Source: an uncultured Planctomycetota bacterium (GTDB lineage Bacteria > Planctomycetota > Planctomycetia > Isosphaerales > Isosphaeraceae). Taken from it: a stretch of DNA of 64,000 nt. The position numbers were made by a program, and so were the translations under genes. The notes under the pieces were generated by a model. It was not told the DNA's origin and did no database searches. It was given only the letters and a program-made list of their open reading frames with translations. Positions 43,633-52,126 of this stretch are shown here, piece by piece. Positions within the stretch are counted from its first letter, which is position 1; each line of letters starts with the position of its first letter. The stretch spans positions 58,434 to 122,433 of the forward strand of contig CAWJTV010000023.1 of assembly GCA_963845755.1 (NCBI GenBank), given 5' to 3'.

Positions 43633-43926
43633 ATGTCCGCCCTCAGTCACTGCCAACAATGCGGCCGCAGGCTACGAGACGTCGTCTTTTGCCCGCAGTG
43701 TCGGCAAAACCTCTGTGGCTACACCTGCCTGGATGAGCACATCGCGCACCACCGGAACTCGACCGCGACCCAGGTCAGTCCAGTGAAACCCGCCGTTGAT
43801 AATGCCGCCTTGCCCGAAAGTCTTGAGATTGGGGTTGAGGGAACACCGGGGGCTCGGCGAACGCCTCCCTTCGCTTCAAGGGAGCCTGCGCGACAGGGTT
43901 GCTCTGCGACCCAGCAGCGCCTGTAA
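43633..43926 (+). CDS. small Cys/His zinc-finger protein
   Basis: CxxC-x9-CxxC-x4-C-x3-C-x3-H-x3-H; GGGAG RBS. Confidence 0.6.
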   Translation: MSALSHCQQCGRRLRDVVFCPQCRQNLCGYTCLDEHIAHHRNSTATQVSPVKPAVDNAALPESLEIGVEGTPGARRTPPFASREPARQGCSATQQRL

Positions 43927-46311
43927 TGCCTCCAGGCTCACTGGTTTGACCAGGTGGGCGTTGAAGTCTGCTTGCTGGGACCGGCGCTTGTCTTCTTCTT
44001 GACCATAACCGGTCACGGCCACAATGAGCGCGTCGCGGAGCTCGAGGTCGTGGCGAAGGCGATGGGCGACTTCACGACCACCCATCCCCGGCATGCTGAC
44101 GTCACAGAGAACGACATCCGGCGGTTGCCTCTGAGCCAGGTCGAGGGCAGTGGGACCGTCGTAGGCTGTTTGCGCCTCATGCCCAATGACGCGGAGCAAC
44201 ATCGCCATGGTGTCGGCCGCATCCCTGTTATCATCGATGATCAGGATGCGTTGCGAAGGCCCGTTAGGGGTCTCCTCAGGGACACCGGCCGCGCTGGGAG
44301 GCAGCGGATGTCCTGTCCGTGAGAGCGGCAGTCGCACGACGAACTCGCTGCCATGGCCGAGTCCCGCGCTCGTGGCTTGCACGCAACCTCCGTGCAGGTC
44401 GATCAGGTCCCGCACCAGGTTCAGGCCGATCCCCAGGCCGCCCTCCGAACGATCCTCACTGCCTTGCACCTGGGTGAACAGGTCGAAGATTGTCGGCAGC
44501 GTGGCCGGCGCAATGCCGATTCCCGTGTCGCTCACCCGGAGGATCGCCTGATCGCTGTTGGCTTCCAGGGAAAGCTCGACACGCCCGCCCTCTTCCGAAT
44601 ACTTGGCACTGTTGTTCAGCAGGTTTGACACGACCTGGGTCAATCGGGTCAGGTCCCCATCCACCTCGATCGGTCGCTCGGGGAGTGAGACTGCCAGCTC
44701 GTGTTTCTTCATCTCGATGAGAGGCCGACTGCTCTCGACGGCCCGGGCCACCACGTTTCTCAGGTCCACGACCTCCCTACTGAGGTGGATCTTGCCCTGT
44801 CTGACAAGGGAGACGTCGAGCAAGTCGTCCACCAGTCGTCTCATTTGCTGGGCCTGACGCTCGATGACTTCCGTCGCCGAGCGGAGTTCGGGATCGGCCA
44901 GACCCTTGAGACGGACGAGTTGCATGGCATTGCTGATGGCGGCGAGCGGGTTTCGCAGCTCGTGGCCCACCACCGCGAGGAACTCATCTTTGTGACGATC
45001 GGCTGCTCGGAGTGCGCGGTTGAGCTCAGCATTCTCCACGACGATGGCGGCTCGATGAGCGAGGTCCTCGGCCAATCGTAGGTCCGCCTGGGTGTAGCGG
45101 CGTCCCGAGACCTCGCCATAGCAGAACGTGAACGCGCCCAACTTACGCTCGTGGGCGATCAATGGCACGGTCATCAAAGATCGGAGCTTCAGGTCCCGCA
45201 TGAGCTGGAAATGCTCCGGACTCGTGGCTGCCGACTGCATCCAGGCATCGGTGACTTCCGGCACGAATTCCGCCTGATCCCTCCAGAGCACTCTGGAAAC
45301 CGGGTCGTGCCGCCAGTCTCGGGGCGCGACAAAGTGATTGATCTGGTCAAACCGATCTTGTAGGGCTGTGTCGGCGTGTGCCCACCCCACCCGGTGGATG
45401 GTCTCCTCGGCGGTAACCACATCAAGGAAACAAAAGTCGGCAAGGAAGGGCACGGCACGGCGAGCCAGAAGCTTCAGCGAAGTCGTGTAGTCCCGGGACG
45501 CAAACGCCACACTGGCTTCCAGGAGAAGGCGTTGCCCCTCCTCGATACGCCGACGATCGGTGATCTCCGCCGCTGCAACGTCGCTCAGCCGCGTCATCTC
45601 GGCCAGGTGCTCCGCTTGCCGAAGTGCGTGATAATGCGTCTCGAGAATCGTCCGGCCCAGCGTCATCAGGAGGGTCGCGTAAACGTGCAGGGTGGTCTGC
45701 TTGACGTGATGCTCCAGGCAGGACAACTGCCAGACCCGATCCGGAGAAAGCCCGAACTGCTTGGCGAGGTGCTTTACCGGCTGTTGTTCGGCACGTAGGT
45801 CACCTTGGTCCATGGCGAGCAGCGCTCCCAAGGGGTGTTCACCCAGAAAGAGCGGCACGGCGAAATGCACGAGTCCTGTACTGTCCCGCACAATGACTCG
45901 ACCTCGTCCGGCCAGGGCCTCGACGACGCAGGTGCAGGGCTCGGGCGGCGCCAGGAGATGCTCGTCCTGCCAGGCGAGGGCATCATCCATGTCGGCGTCG
46001 CAGGCGTGAGGTTCGAGCGGCGCCCAGGAGAAGGGACATCCAGTGATCGCCGCCGGGTGCTGGTCGTGCAAACGACTCCCCAGGGATCGGGAGTTGACAT
46101 ACTCTCCAAGCGGCTGTCCTTTGTCATCGGTGAGTGCGATCGCCAGGTTGGAGGCGTGGGCGAACTCTTCCAGCCGCTCTCGCCAGAGCGCCGGGTCCAG
46201 CAGGGCGGCGCGGAGGGCCGGCGGGAGTTCGACGGCGGTTGGTGCCGGCAATGGTCTGCTACCGTTTCGGCCAGGGTTCTGGCCTGGCACGCGAGATTCC
46301 ATCGGAGTCAC
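43876..46311 (-). CDS. hybrid sensor histidine kinase (PocR-like + GAF + HisKA/HATPase + REC)
   Basis: HELRNPL, NLLNNSAKY, DTGIGI, GGLGIGL, REC with DVSMPG. Confidence 0.92.
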   Translation of the reverse strand: MTPMESRVPGQNPGRNGSRPLPAPTAVELPPALRAALLDPALWRERLEEFAHASNLAIALTDDKGQPLGEYVNSRSLGSRLHDQHPAAITGCPFSWAPLEPHACDADMDDALAWQDEHLLAPPEPCTCVVEALAGRGRVIVRDSTGLVHFAVPLFLGEHPLGALLAMDQGDLRAEQQPVKHLAKQFGLSPDRVWQLSCLEHHVKQTTLHVYATLLMTLGRTILETHYHALRQAEHLAEMTRLSDVAAAEITDRRRIEEGQRLLLEASVAFASRDYTTSLKLLARRAVPFLADFCFLDVVTAEETIHRVGWAHADTALQDRFDQINHFVAPRDWRHDPVSRVLWRDQAEFVPEVTDAWMQSAATSPEHFQLMRDLKLRSLMTVPLIAHERKLGAFTFCYGEVSGRRYTQADLRLAEDLAHRAAIVVENAELNRALRAADRHKDEFLAVVGHELRNPLAAISNAMQLVRLKGLADPELRSATEVIERQAQQMRRLVDDLLDVSLVRQGKIHLSREVVDLRNVVARAVESSRPLIEMKKHELAVSLPERPIEVDGDLTRLTQVVSNLLNNSAKYSEEGGRVELSLEANSDQAILRVSDTGIGIAPATLPTIFDLFTQVQGSEDRSEGGLGIGLNLVRDLIDLHGGCVQATSAGLGHGSEFVVRLPLSRTGHPLPPSAAGVPEETPNGPSQRILIIDDNRDAADTMAMLLRVIGHEAQTAYDGPTALDLAQRQPPDVVLCDVSMPGMGGREVAHRLRHDLELRDALIVAVTGYGQEEDKRRSQQADFNAHLVKPVSLEALQALLGRRATLSRRLP

Positions 46312-46509
46312 CAGTCTCTCCTTTTTGGTTCATCCTGATCCTGCAGCCCGTCTTGAGAAAGGTAGACATGCCGATCCCACGTCGAGTTGCTTCCAGGGGT
46401 TCCCAGAGGGAAGTCCTCCGGTAACTTGTCGGGAGCAACGCGGCGAGGCGCTCGCGTCTGAGGTCCTTGGCGTCTGGGCGCACGGCGGGGAGATCCTACG
46501 GAGAAGGTT

Positions 46510-46911
46510 CTAACCACACGTGCGCTGCTCGGGCGGCTGTTTCATGCTCTCTTCGAACAGCACCTCGAACTCATGGCTGACCTGCTTCGCCTCGCCCTTG
46601 AGTTCGTGGAGAAACCTACGCTCCTCGTCATCAAACGCGTTGTCCGCGAAGAGCATCCTCCGCAGCCAGGCGGCCTCTTCGGCGTCAATCCGGCCCTGCG
46701 CCAGAATATGGTCCTTGATCGCTTGGTAGAAGAACCGCTCGAAGGCCGGCGTGAGGTGTTGCACGCGCTTGTGCAGCTCGACGAGGAACTCGGCCCCACT
46801 GCGGTCGATCCTACCACCGGCGTACAATTGTTTGTGCAGGGCTCCCAGTTCCTGGCTGTCGACCCTGCCGATGGCCAGGATGGCCCTTTCGATCTGTCGC
46901 AACTCCACCAT
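46510..46911 (-). CDS. TerB-like / EF-hand-like hypothetical protein
   Basis: Repeated GRIDxxE helical motif. Confidence 0.65.
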   Translation of the reverse strand: MVELRQIERAILAIGRVDSQELGALHKQLYAGGRIDRSGAEFLVELHKRVQHLTPAFERFFYQAIKDHILAQGRIDAEEAAWLRRMLFADNAFDDEERRFLHELKGEAKQVSHEFEVLFEESMKQPPEQRTCG

Positions 46912-47000
46912 GGTTTGGCTCTCCTCGAGATCGTCTTGTGAGTTGATGTGCGCCCACGGCGGCGGCCGACCGCTCGCCGGAGTGTAACTCCGGGTCGCCA

Positions 47001-47332
47001 TCAGCGATCCTCCCAGCCGGCGATAATGCGTTCGAGCTCCTCCTTATGCCGGGTCTCGTCGGCGACCTGGTTTTCCAGCTCGACCTTGAGACCAAAGTCG
47101 CCGAGGCTCTCCGCCTGGTGAATTCGCTCGTTGTAGTCTGCAATGGCCTGTTCTTCCGCGGCCAGGGCGTTCTCCAGCATCGCCCGCGGCTGGTCGGCCT
47201 GCGGTACCGGCCTGGGTTCCGTGGTCGGTTCGCCACCCAGAGCGGCGATCTGTCGGCCAGGAATTGCGCGTGGGCCTGTTCGTCGCCGATCTCCACCTGG
47301 AAGAGGGATCGCAGTTCCCTGCGGTATGGTCC
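47001..47332 (-). pseudogene. 5'-truncated bacterioferritin/ferritin-like gene
   Basis: GPYRRELRSLFQVEIGDEQAHAQFLA..IAALGGEP...EEQAIADY...DETRH; first helix and start codon missing. Confidence 0.75.
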
Positions 47333-47338
47333 GAATAC

Positions 47339-47564
47339 AAAAAAAGCCGACGTGGTGGAATACCCTGAGGCATCCCATCACGTCGGCTTACTCGTCAACG
47401 AGCCTCCCGGTTCGGCCGGGTTGCCCTTAGTCTAGTCGTCCGACGAATTCGATCCCAGTTCTTATCGGAGCCGACTGTCAGTCCGTACAAGCTCCAATTC
47501 ATTCCTCATTGTGACGCGCAAGGCGAAAATAGCAAGTGAATTATTATCGGCTTCTTCGTATGAT
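47339..47564 (-). ncRNA. conserved leader/attenuator module copy 3
   Basis: Same terminator and core; TTGCTA-16-CACAAT (minus), GTGAAT-17-TATGAT (plus). Confidence 0.8.
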
Positions 47565-47674
47565 GTACGCGGGAAGGACGAAGGACCGACGATTCAAACA
47601 GGGTCAGCCTTTCGAGAGGAACGGGCCTGTGGCTGTAATCCCTGCTGAGACCAAATCATCTTGAGGTGCCTCTA

Positions 47675-48268
47675 ATGCGCGTCGTTGCGGGGTCAGCCCG
47701 GGGGACGAAACTGTTCGTGGTGCCAGGTCAGGGCACGCGCCCGATCCTTGATCGCGTCAAGACCTCCCTCTTCGACATCCTTCGCCCGCGAATCCCGGGT
47801 ATGAACATGCTCGATCTCTTTGCGGGAAGTGGGAGCGTCGGAATCGAGGCGCTGAGCCAGGGCGCCGCGCACTGCACCTTCATCGATCTCGGCCACAAGG
47901 CAATGGCCACCATCAAGAGAAACCTGGTCTCCACGGGTTTCGCGGATCGCGCCGAGGTTCGGCAGGCCGACGCCTTCGACTATCTGAGAGGAACGGAGAG
48001 GTCGTTCGATTTGATCTATATCGCCCCTCCTCAGTACAAGAACCTCTGGGTAGAGGCCATGCAGTTGATCGCCGAACGGCCCGGGGTACTGAACCGGCCG
48101 TCCGCGGAATCGGATGAGCAGGAATCGTCCGGTCTGGCGATCGTGCAAATTCACCCGAAGGAGTACCAGAATCTCGATCTCGCCGAGATTCGCGAGACGA
48201 GGCAGAGGCGCTACGGGAACAGCCTCCTGGTCTTCTTCGAGCCCTGGGTTGTCCCTGCTGACGAGTAG
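47675..48268 (+). CDS. rsmD: 16S rRNA m2G966 methyltransferase RsmD family
   Basis: MRVVAGSARG, TRPILDRVK, LDLFAGSGSVGIEALSQGA; APPQY in place of DPPY. Confidence 0.85.
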   Translation: MRVVAGSARGTKLFVVPGQGTRPILDRVKTSLFDILRPRIPGMNMLDLFAGSGSVGIEALSQGAAHCTFIDLGHKAMATIKRNLVSTGFADRAEVRQADAFDYLRGTERSFDLIYIAPPQYKNLWVEAMQLIAERPGVLNRPSAESDEQESSGLAIVQIHPKEYQNLDLAEIRETRQRRYGNSLLVFFEPWVVPADE

Positions 48269-48399
48269 CTCCGCCGATGTCGGAAAAGGCATTCGATTGT
48301 TCGATGGGCCGACCCCCGAAGATTTCGAGAATGACTGAACTCAGAGGAGGTGATGACCCTCTTCGCCCCTGACCCCACCTCAGGGGCGGACGGGAGGCA

Positions 48400-48630
48400 T
48401 CATTTCGGCATGGGCGCCGGGCGATCCTCCCCGTTACTGTCGGGCTGGCCGGCGGCGCGAATCTGTTCCCACACCTCCGAACGATGCACAGGGATATCCT
48501 TATTGGCCTCGAATCCGAGCCGCACGCGGCCCTCCTTGATCTCGAGTACCGTGACCTTGAGCAACGGCTCGAAGGCGCCCGGCCCCCCCACAACGACCGA
48601 CTCCTTGCTCTTCCTCGACAAGACCAACAT
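48400..48630 (-). CDS. csrA: carbon storage regulator CsrA family
   Basis: MLVLSRK..ESVVVG...VTVLEI..GRVRLGFEA..IPVHRSEV; GGAGG RBS. Confidence 0.92.
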   Translation of the reverse strand: MLVLSRKSKESVVVGGPGAFEPLLKVTVLEIKEGRVRLGFEANKDIPVHRSEVWEQIRAAGQPDSNGEDRPAPMPK

Positions 48631-48646
48631 GGTTGTACCTCCGTGC

Positions 48647-49066
48647 TCAGGACTGATCGACTGGCCCACTCCCACTCCAGGTTTCCGCAGGTAAGCTGCG
48701 AGCGAGTAGGAAGACCTGGACCATCGTACCGCTTGTGAATACATGCACCACAGTACCAGTCGTCGTCTCGACTTCCGCGGTCGCTTCGCGGACCGCCACG
48801 CCCGTGATTCGTTCGATTTCGTCTCGCAGCGATTCGGAGAAAGAGCTGAACAACTGGCGGTGAAAATCCTGCACCTGGGCGGCCCCGTCCGGGGTCTTGG
48901 CCAGGGCCCTCTCAGCTGGCGACAACGACCCGTGGAGCGTCACGACCAACGTGTCCTCACTCAGGACCACCGTCGCCGAATCGGGCACGTGGCCGTTGCG
49001 ACGCGCCTCGAATCGAATGGCCGCCTCGGCAATCTGCTGGGCCATTGTCGAATTGGTCTTGAGCAT
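48647..49066 (-). CDS. DUF2294 (MpsC-like) protein, divergent subtype
   Basis: AQQIAEAAIRFE..RNGHVP, LHGSLSPAERALA, QDFHRQLF, IERITGVAV. Confidence 0.8.
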   Translation of the reverse strand: MLKTNSTMAQQIAEAAIRFEARRNGHVPDSATVVLSEDTLVVTLHGSLSPAERALAKTPDGAAQVQDFHRQLFSSFSESLRDEIERITGVAVREATAEVETTTGTVVHVFTSGTMVQVFLLARSLPAETWSGSGPVDQS

Positions 49067-49113
49067 CGAGGTCGCCCCAATCGCTACGGCCGTCCCGCAC
49101 CACCGCAACAAAG

Positions 49114-49339
49114 AAAAAAGCCGACGTGGTGGAACACCCTGAGGTATTCGACCACGTCGGCTTACTCGGCAACGGGCTCCCCGATTCAGCCGGGTTGCCC
49201 TTCATCTAGTCGTCCGACGACATTCACTCAATTTCCCGAGAACCGACGGCCAGTTCGCACCGGCCCGATTCGCATTCCCGATGATGCACCGAGCGAGACG
49301 GAAAAAGCAAGTGAAATATCCAGCGATTTCTTGTATGTT
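49114..49339 (-). ncRNA. conserved leader/attenuator module copy 4
   Basis: Same terminator and core; TTGCTT-18-CATCAT (minus), GTGAAA-17-TATGTT (plus). Confidence 0.8.
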
Positions 49340-49445
49340 GGTCTTCGGCTCATCCGACAACCGGCGACCCGAACCGTGTCGCCTGATGGAGGCGATCTTC
49401 CACGGCGGACACCGGATCCCGGAGTGGCAAGTGAGCGAGGTCACC

Positions 49446-49826
49446 ATGAGAACGCAGGGGGAAATCGAAGCCGCCATCGGCGAAGGAATCGCTCGCTTCG
49501 AGCAGGAATACATGGGGCGGGGACCCAAGGACATCCGCACGCACTTGCTCGGCGATCTCGTCGTGGTCCGCCTTCAGGGCGTCCTCACGGCCGCGGAACA
49601 GCACCTGGTCAAATCGCTGCCGGCCGAGAAGGGTAGAGACTTGCTCAAGCAGGTTCGGACCCATCTGCTCGAGACGGCGCGGCCGCTCCTGGAAGCGATG
49701 GTCAAGGAGGTCACCGGCATGCCGGTGTTGAGCCTTCACCACGACATCAGCACCGTCACGGGTGAAGAAGTCGTGCTGTTCACACTGTCCGAGCCGGTGC
49801 CCATCCGCGAGGTGAGGAAGCGGTAG
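49446..49826 (+). CDS. DUF2294 (MpsC-like) protein
   Basis: About 80% identical to 35484-35864 (25 differences in 126 aa by hand count). Confidence 0.9.
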   Translation: MRTQGEIEAAIGEGIARFEQEYMGRGPKDIRTHLLGDLVVVRLQGVLTAAEQHLVKSLPAEKGRDLLKQVRTHLLETARPLLEAMVKEVTGMPVLSLHHDISTVTGEEVVLFTLSEPVPIREVRKR

Positions 49827-49975
49827 ACCGCTGGCATCGCGGATCGGCCGATGGTCCAGGCAGCTCGGTGGCCGCCCTTCCTGGATCAACTGCGCCGCCA
49901 TCTCCCGCGTGAACCCGCCCTACGCGAGACCCCGGCGGATCCCCACGAAATGCAGAATAAAATTTATGAATCTCT

Positions 49976-50004
49976 TTGTATTTTGAATTATCAACGTTTA
50001 TAAT
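49976..50004 (+). promoter_or_regulatory. sigma70-like promoter in an AT-rich patch
   Basis: TTGTAT-17-TATAAT. Confidence 0.6.
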
Positions 50005-50067
50005 AGATGTCGGTGCGGCCGGAGAGGATCGCAATAGACTCCGCCGACCGCGATTCGACGGAAGGAG

Positions 50068-50367
50068 TTGACCGTGAACACCGGCTTGGGAGGAAAGATC
50101 GTGGCACACGGGGCATGCGACGCTTATGGCATGCCGACGTTCCGTGTGCATCAGAATCAGTACCCTGAGATCGAGGCCGAGGGCCGAACGCCCGCCGAAG
50201 CCTGCGTCCGCCTCATCGAGCTCCTCGTCCAGGCCATCGACTTCGCCAGCGCGGCCTGGCGGCGCCAACCCCTCGAGCTGGCTCTCGTCGAGGCCCACGC
50301 CTTCGACGGCTCCTTCAGCGCCCGTGCGTGGATCGATCCGAGACGATCCCATCAGCCCTCGATGTAG
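50068..50367 (+). CDS. hypothetical protein
   Basis: AAGGAG RBS; PEIEAEGRTPAEA segment is HicB-like. Confidence 0.5.
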   Translation: MTVNTGLGGKIVAHGACDAYGMPTFRVHQNQYPEIEAEGRTPAEACVRLIELLVQAIDFASAAWRRQPLELALVEAHAFDGSFSARAWIDPRRSHQPSM

Positions 50368-50424
50368 GCCGACCCGAGTCACCGGCCATCGGCGCGCACC
50401 GAGGTCACCAAGGAGGAGACCACC

Positions 50425-50649
50425 ATGGAACGCTTCCAGGGCAAGTTGCTGGTCGGTGATCAGCTCCTGGTTGACCAGGTCGAAGGGTCGATCGCGATTC
50501 AGGAGCCGCATGGCACGCCGGAGTGGCGGGGTCGGTTCTGGCTCCCCTCTAGCAGCCCGGTCCAGTCTGGTGGCAGGCTCTGCCTGATCCCCGACGACGG
50601 GCAGCCCCGGGGAGCCGGCCCTAGAGGGCGCCGGGCCGGGTGCCGCTGA
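50425..50649 (+). CDS. hypothetical protein (3' end possibly frameshifted)
   Basis: AAGGAGG RBS; beta-rich N-terminus. Confidence 0.5.
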   Translation: MERFQGKLLVGDQLLVDQVEGSIAIQEPHGTPEWRGRFWLPSSSPVQSGGRLCLIPDDGQPRGAGPRGRRAGCR

Positions 50650-50961
50650 GGGAAGAGTCGCGGTGTTCCGGTGGGGAGGAAACGGGCCGTGTAGGCCTGG
50701 GTGGTCGCCCACCCAGGCCCCCCACGGATCCCGATTCCAACCCCTGCGCGATCTGTGTGTTGGCGTCGACGATCGATCCGAGGAGATACGTCCGGCTCTA
50801 CCCTCTTGCAAGCGGCTCCCGGCCGTTGAACAATTCGGGTACAGAATCCTCCGCGCGACCGAACCGGCACACCGCCGCGGGGGACTCAGGAGGGCGTCGA
50901 GCGTGGGCTCAACCGAAGCCCGCCGCGCGAGTCTGCACCAGTGCCGAAGGAATCGTCGATC

Positions 50962-51489
50962 ATGAGGCGAATACGAACGGGTCTGGTACTCTTGAGCACG
51001 GCCGGCTTGCTCGGCGCGGCCGCGCTGGCCGAGACCAAGGTCGAAGTCGCGAATGTTCATCTCTGCTGCCCCGGTTGCGTCAAAGCCGTCGGCTCCGCGT
51101 TGAAGGGCGTCGAAGGGGTCAAGGGCGTCTGCAACCAGAAGGCCAAGACGGTGACCATCACGGCTCCCGATGACGCCACGGCTCAGAAAGGCATCGAGGC
51201 CCTGGCCGCCGCGGGCTATCACGGCCGACTCGAGACCAAGGCGGTGCATTTCCCGCGCGACAGCGGGGCGACCAGGGGTAAGGTCTCGAGCCTGACCCTG
51301 ACCGGCATCCACAACTGCTGCGGTGCCTGCAACAAAGCCATCAAGACCGCCGTCAAGAAGGTCACGGGCGTTACGGGCGACACCGCCAAGCCCAAGGGCG
51401 AGACCTTCGAGGTCACCGGCGACTACGAGGCAACCGAGCTGATCCGCGCCCTTCACGAGGCCGGCTTCCATGTGAAAGTCAAGAAGTAA
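50962..51489 (+). CDS. secreted tandem heavy-metal-associated (HMA) domain protein
   Basis: Signal peptide; HLCCPGC and HNCCGAC motifs. Confidence 0.85.
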   Translation: MRRIRTGLVLLSTAGLLGAAALAETKVEVANVHLCCPGCVKAVGSALKGVEGVKGVCNQKAKTVTITAPDDATAQKGIEALAAAGYHGRLETKAVHFPRDSGATRGKVSSLTLTGIHNCCGACNKAIKTAVKKVTGVTGDTAKPKGETFEVTGDYEATELIRALHEAGFHVKVKK

Positions 51490-51738
51490 GTCAAAGTATT
51501 GATATGAAGGGGCTTTCTTCGACGAGCTTGCCGTCCCGAGCGTGACAAGGGTCGCACCTCGGCCCTGCGCCGCGATGTTCGGTTAGCATCACGAGGGACT
51601 TATACTCCGCCGCGAAAGTCGGTGTCCGGAATCACCAGGCCGGGGCGAATCTCGTGGTCATGGCCGTCTCCGCGAGAGCGGGGCCTACGGAACGGTCCGT
51701 TCACCGATCCGGCCCGGTCGGCGGAAGGGAGCCCTCTC

Positions 51739-52002
51739 ATGGCGATCGAGCCAGCCGCGTCGCTGGACCACGCAACATCTCTCACGGCGCCTGCACGATC
51801 GGCGGAGCCGCCCGCCGGTCGCGTCGACGCCGTCGACGTCCTCCGCGGGGCCGTGATGGTGTTGATGGTGATCGATCACACCCGCGACTTCTTCGGCAAC
51901 ACGGCCATCGATCCCACGGATCTGTCCCGGGCGAGTCCGTCGCTGTTCCTGACGCGGTGGGTGACCCACTTCTGCGCGCCGGTATTCGCCTTCCTCGCGG
52001 GG
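51739..52002 (+). pseudogene. 3'-truncated DUF1624/acyltransferase-family membrane protein
   Basis: [24 protein letters not shown]...[16 protein letters not shown]; homology ends at the IS-like element. Confidence 0.75.
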
Positions 52003-52118
52003 TGGTCTGCTCCCCATTTTCTGGTGCGCTTCCAAGAGGATTCCCTTCAACGAGTTCACGGACCCCATCGACCGAGGGACTCCCATTTCGACTGGACCAT
52101 TTCTTGGGGAGCCGACCA
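52003..52118. mobile_element. 116-bp non-autonomous IS3-like remnant (MITE-like)
   Basis: TG...CA ends; imperfect IRs TGGTCTGCTCCCCATTTTCTGGT / TGGTCGGCTCCCCAAGAAATGGT; no transposase. Confidence 0.7.
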
Positions 52119-52126
52119 GTCCGTAC

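Noticed and set aside
48957..49205. Leader peptide starting ATGAAGGGC inside the repeat
   Set aside because: The ATG is present only in copies 1 and 4; copies 2 and 3 have ATA or ACT at that position.
49160..49210. Leader as a c-di-GMP-I, SAM-I or T-box riboswitch (GGGCAACCC...GGGAGCCC resemblance)
   Set aside because: No GNRA tetraloop/receptor arrangement, SAM-I core or T-box sequence is visible; only a short motif matches. Needs cmscan to exclude formally.
35154..49339. Four-copy element as CRISPR array, MITE or attC site
   Set aside because: Copies are kilobases apart with no spacer array, terminal IRs, target duplications or cas/integrase genes; the promoter-leader-terminator polarity fits a cis-regulator.
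49780..51471. Long antisense ORFs (563 aa here; also 9843-11312, 54794-56206)
   Set aside because: Shadow ORFs opposite real genes, expected in high-GC DNA.
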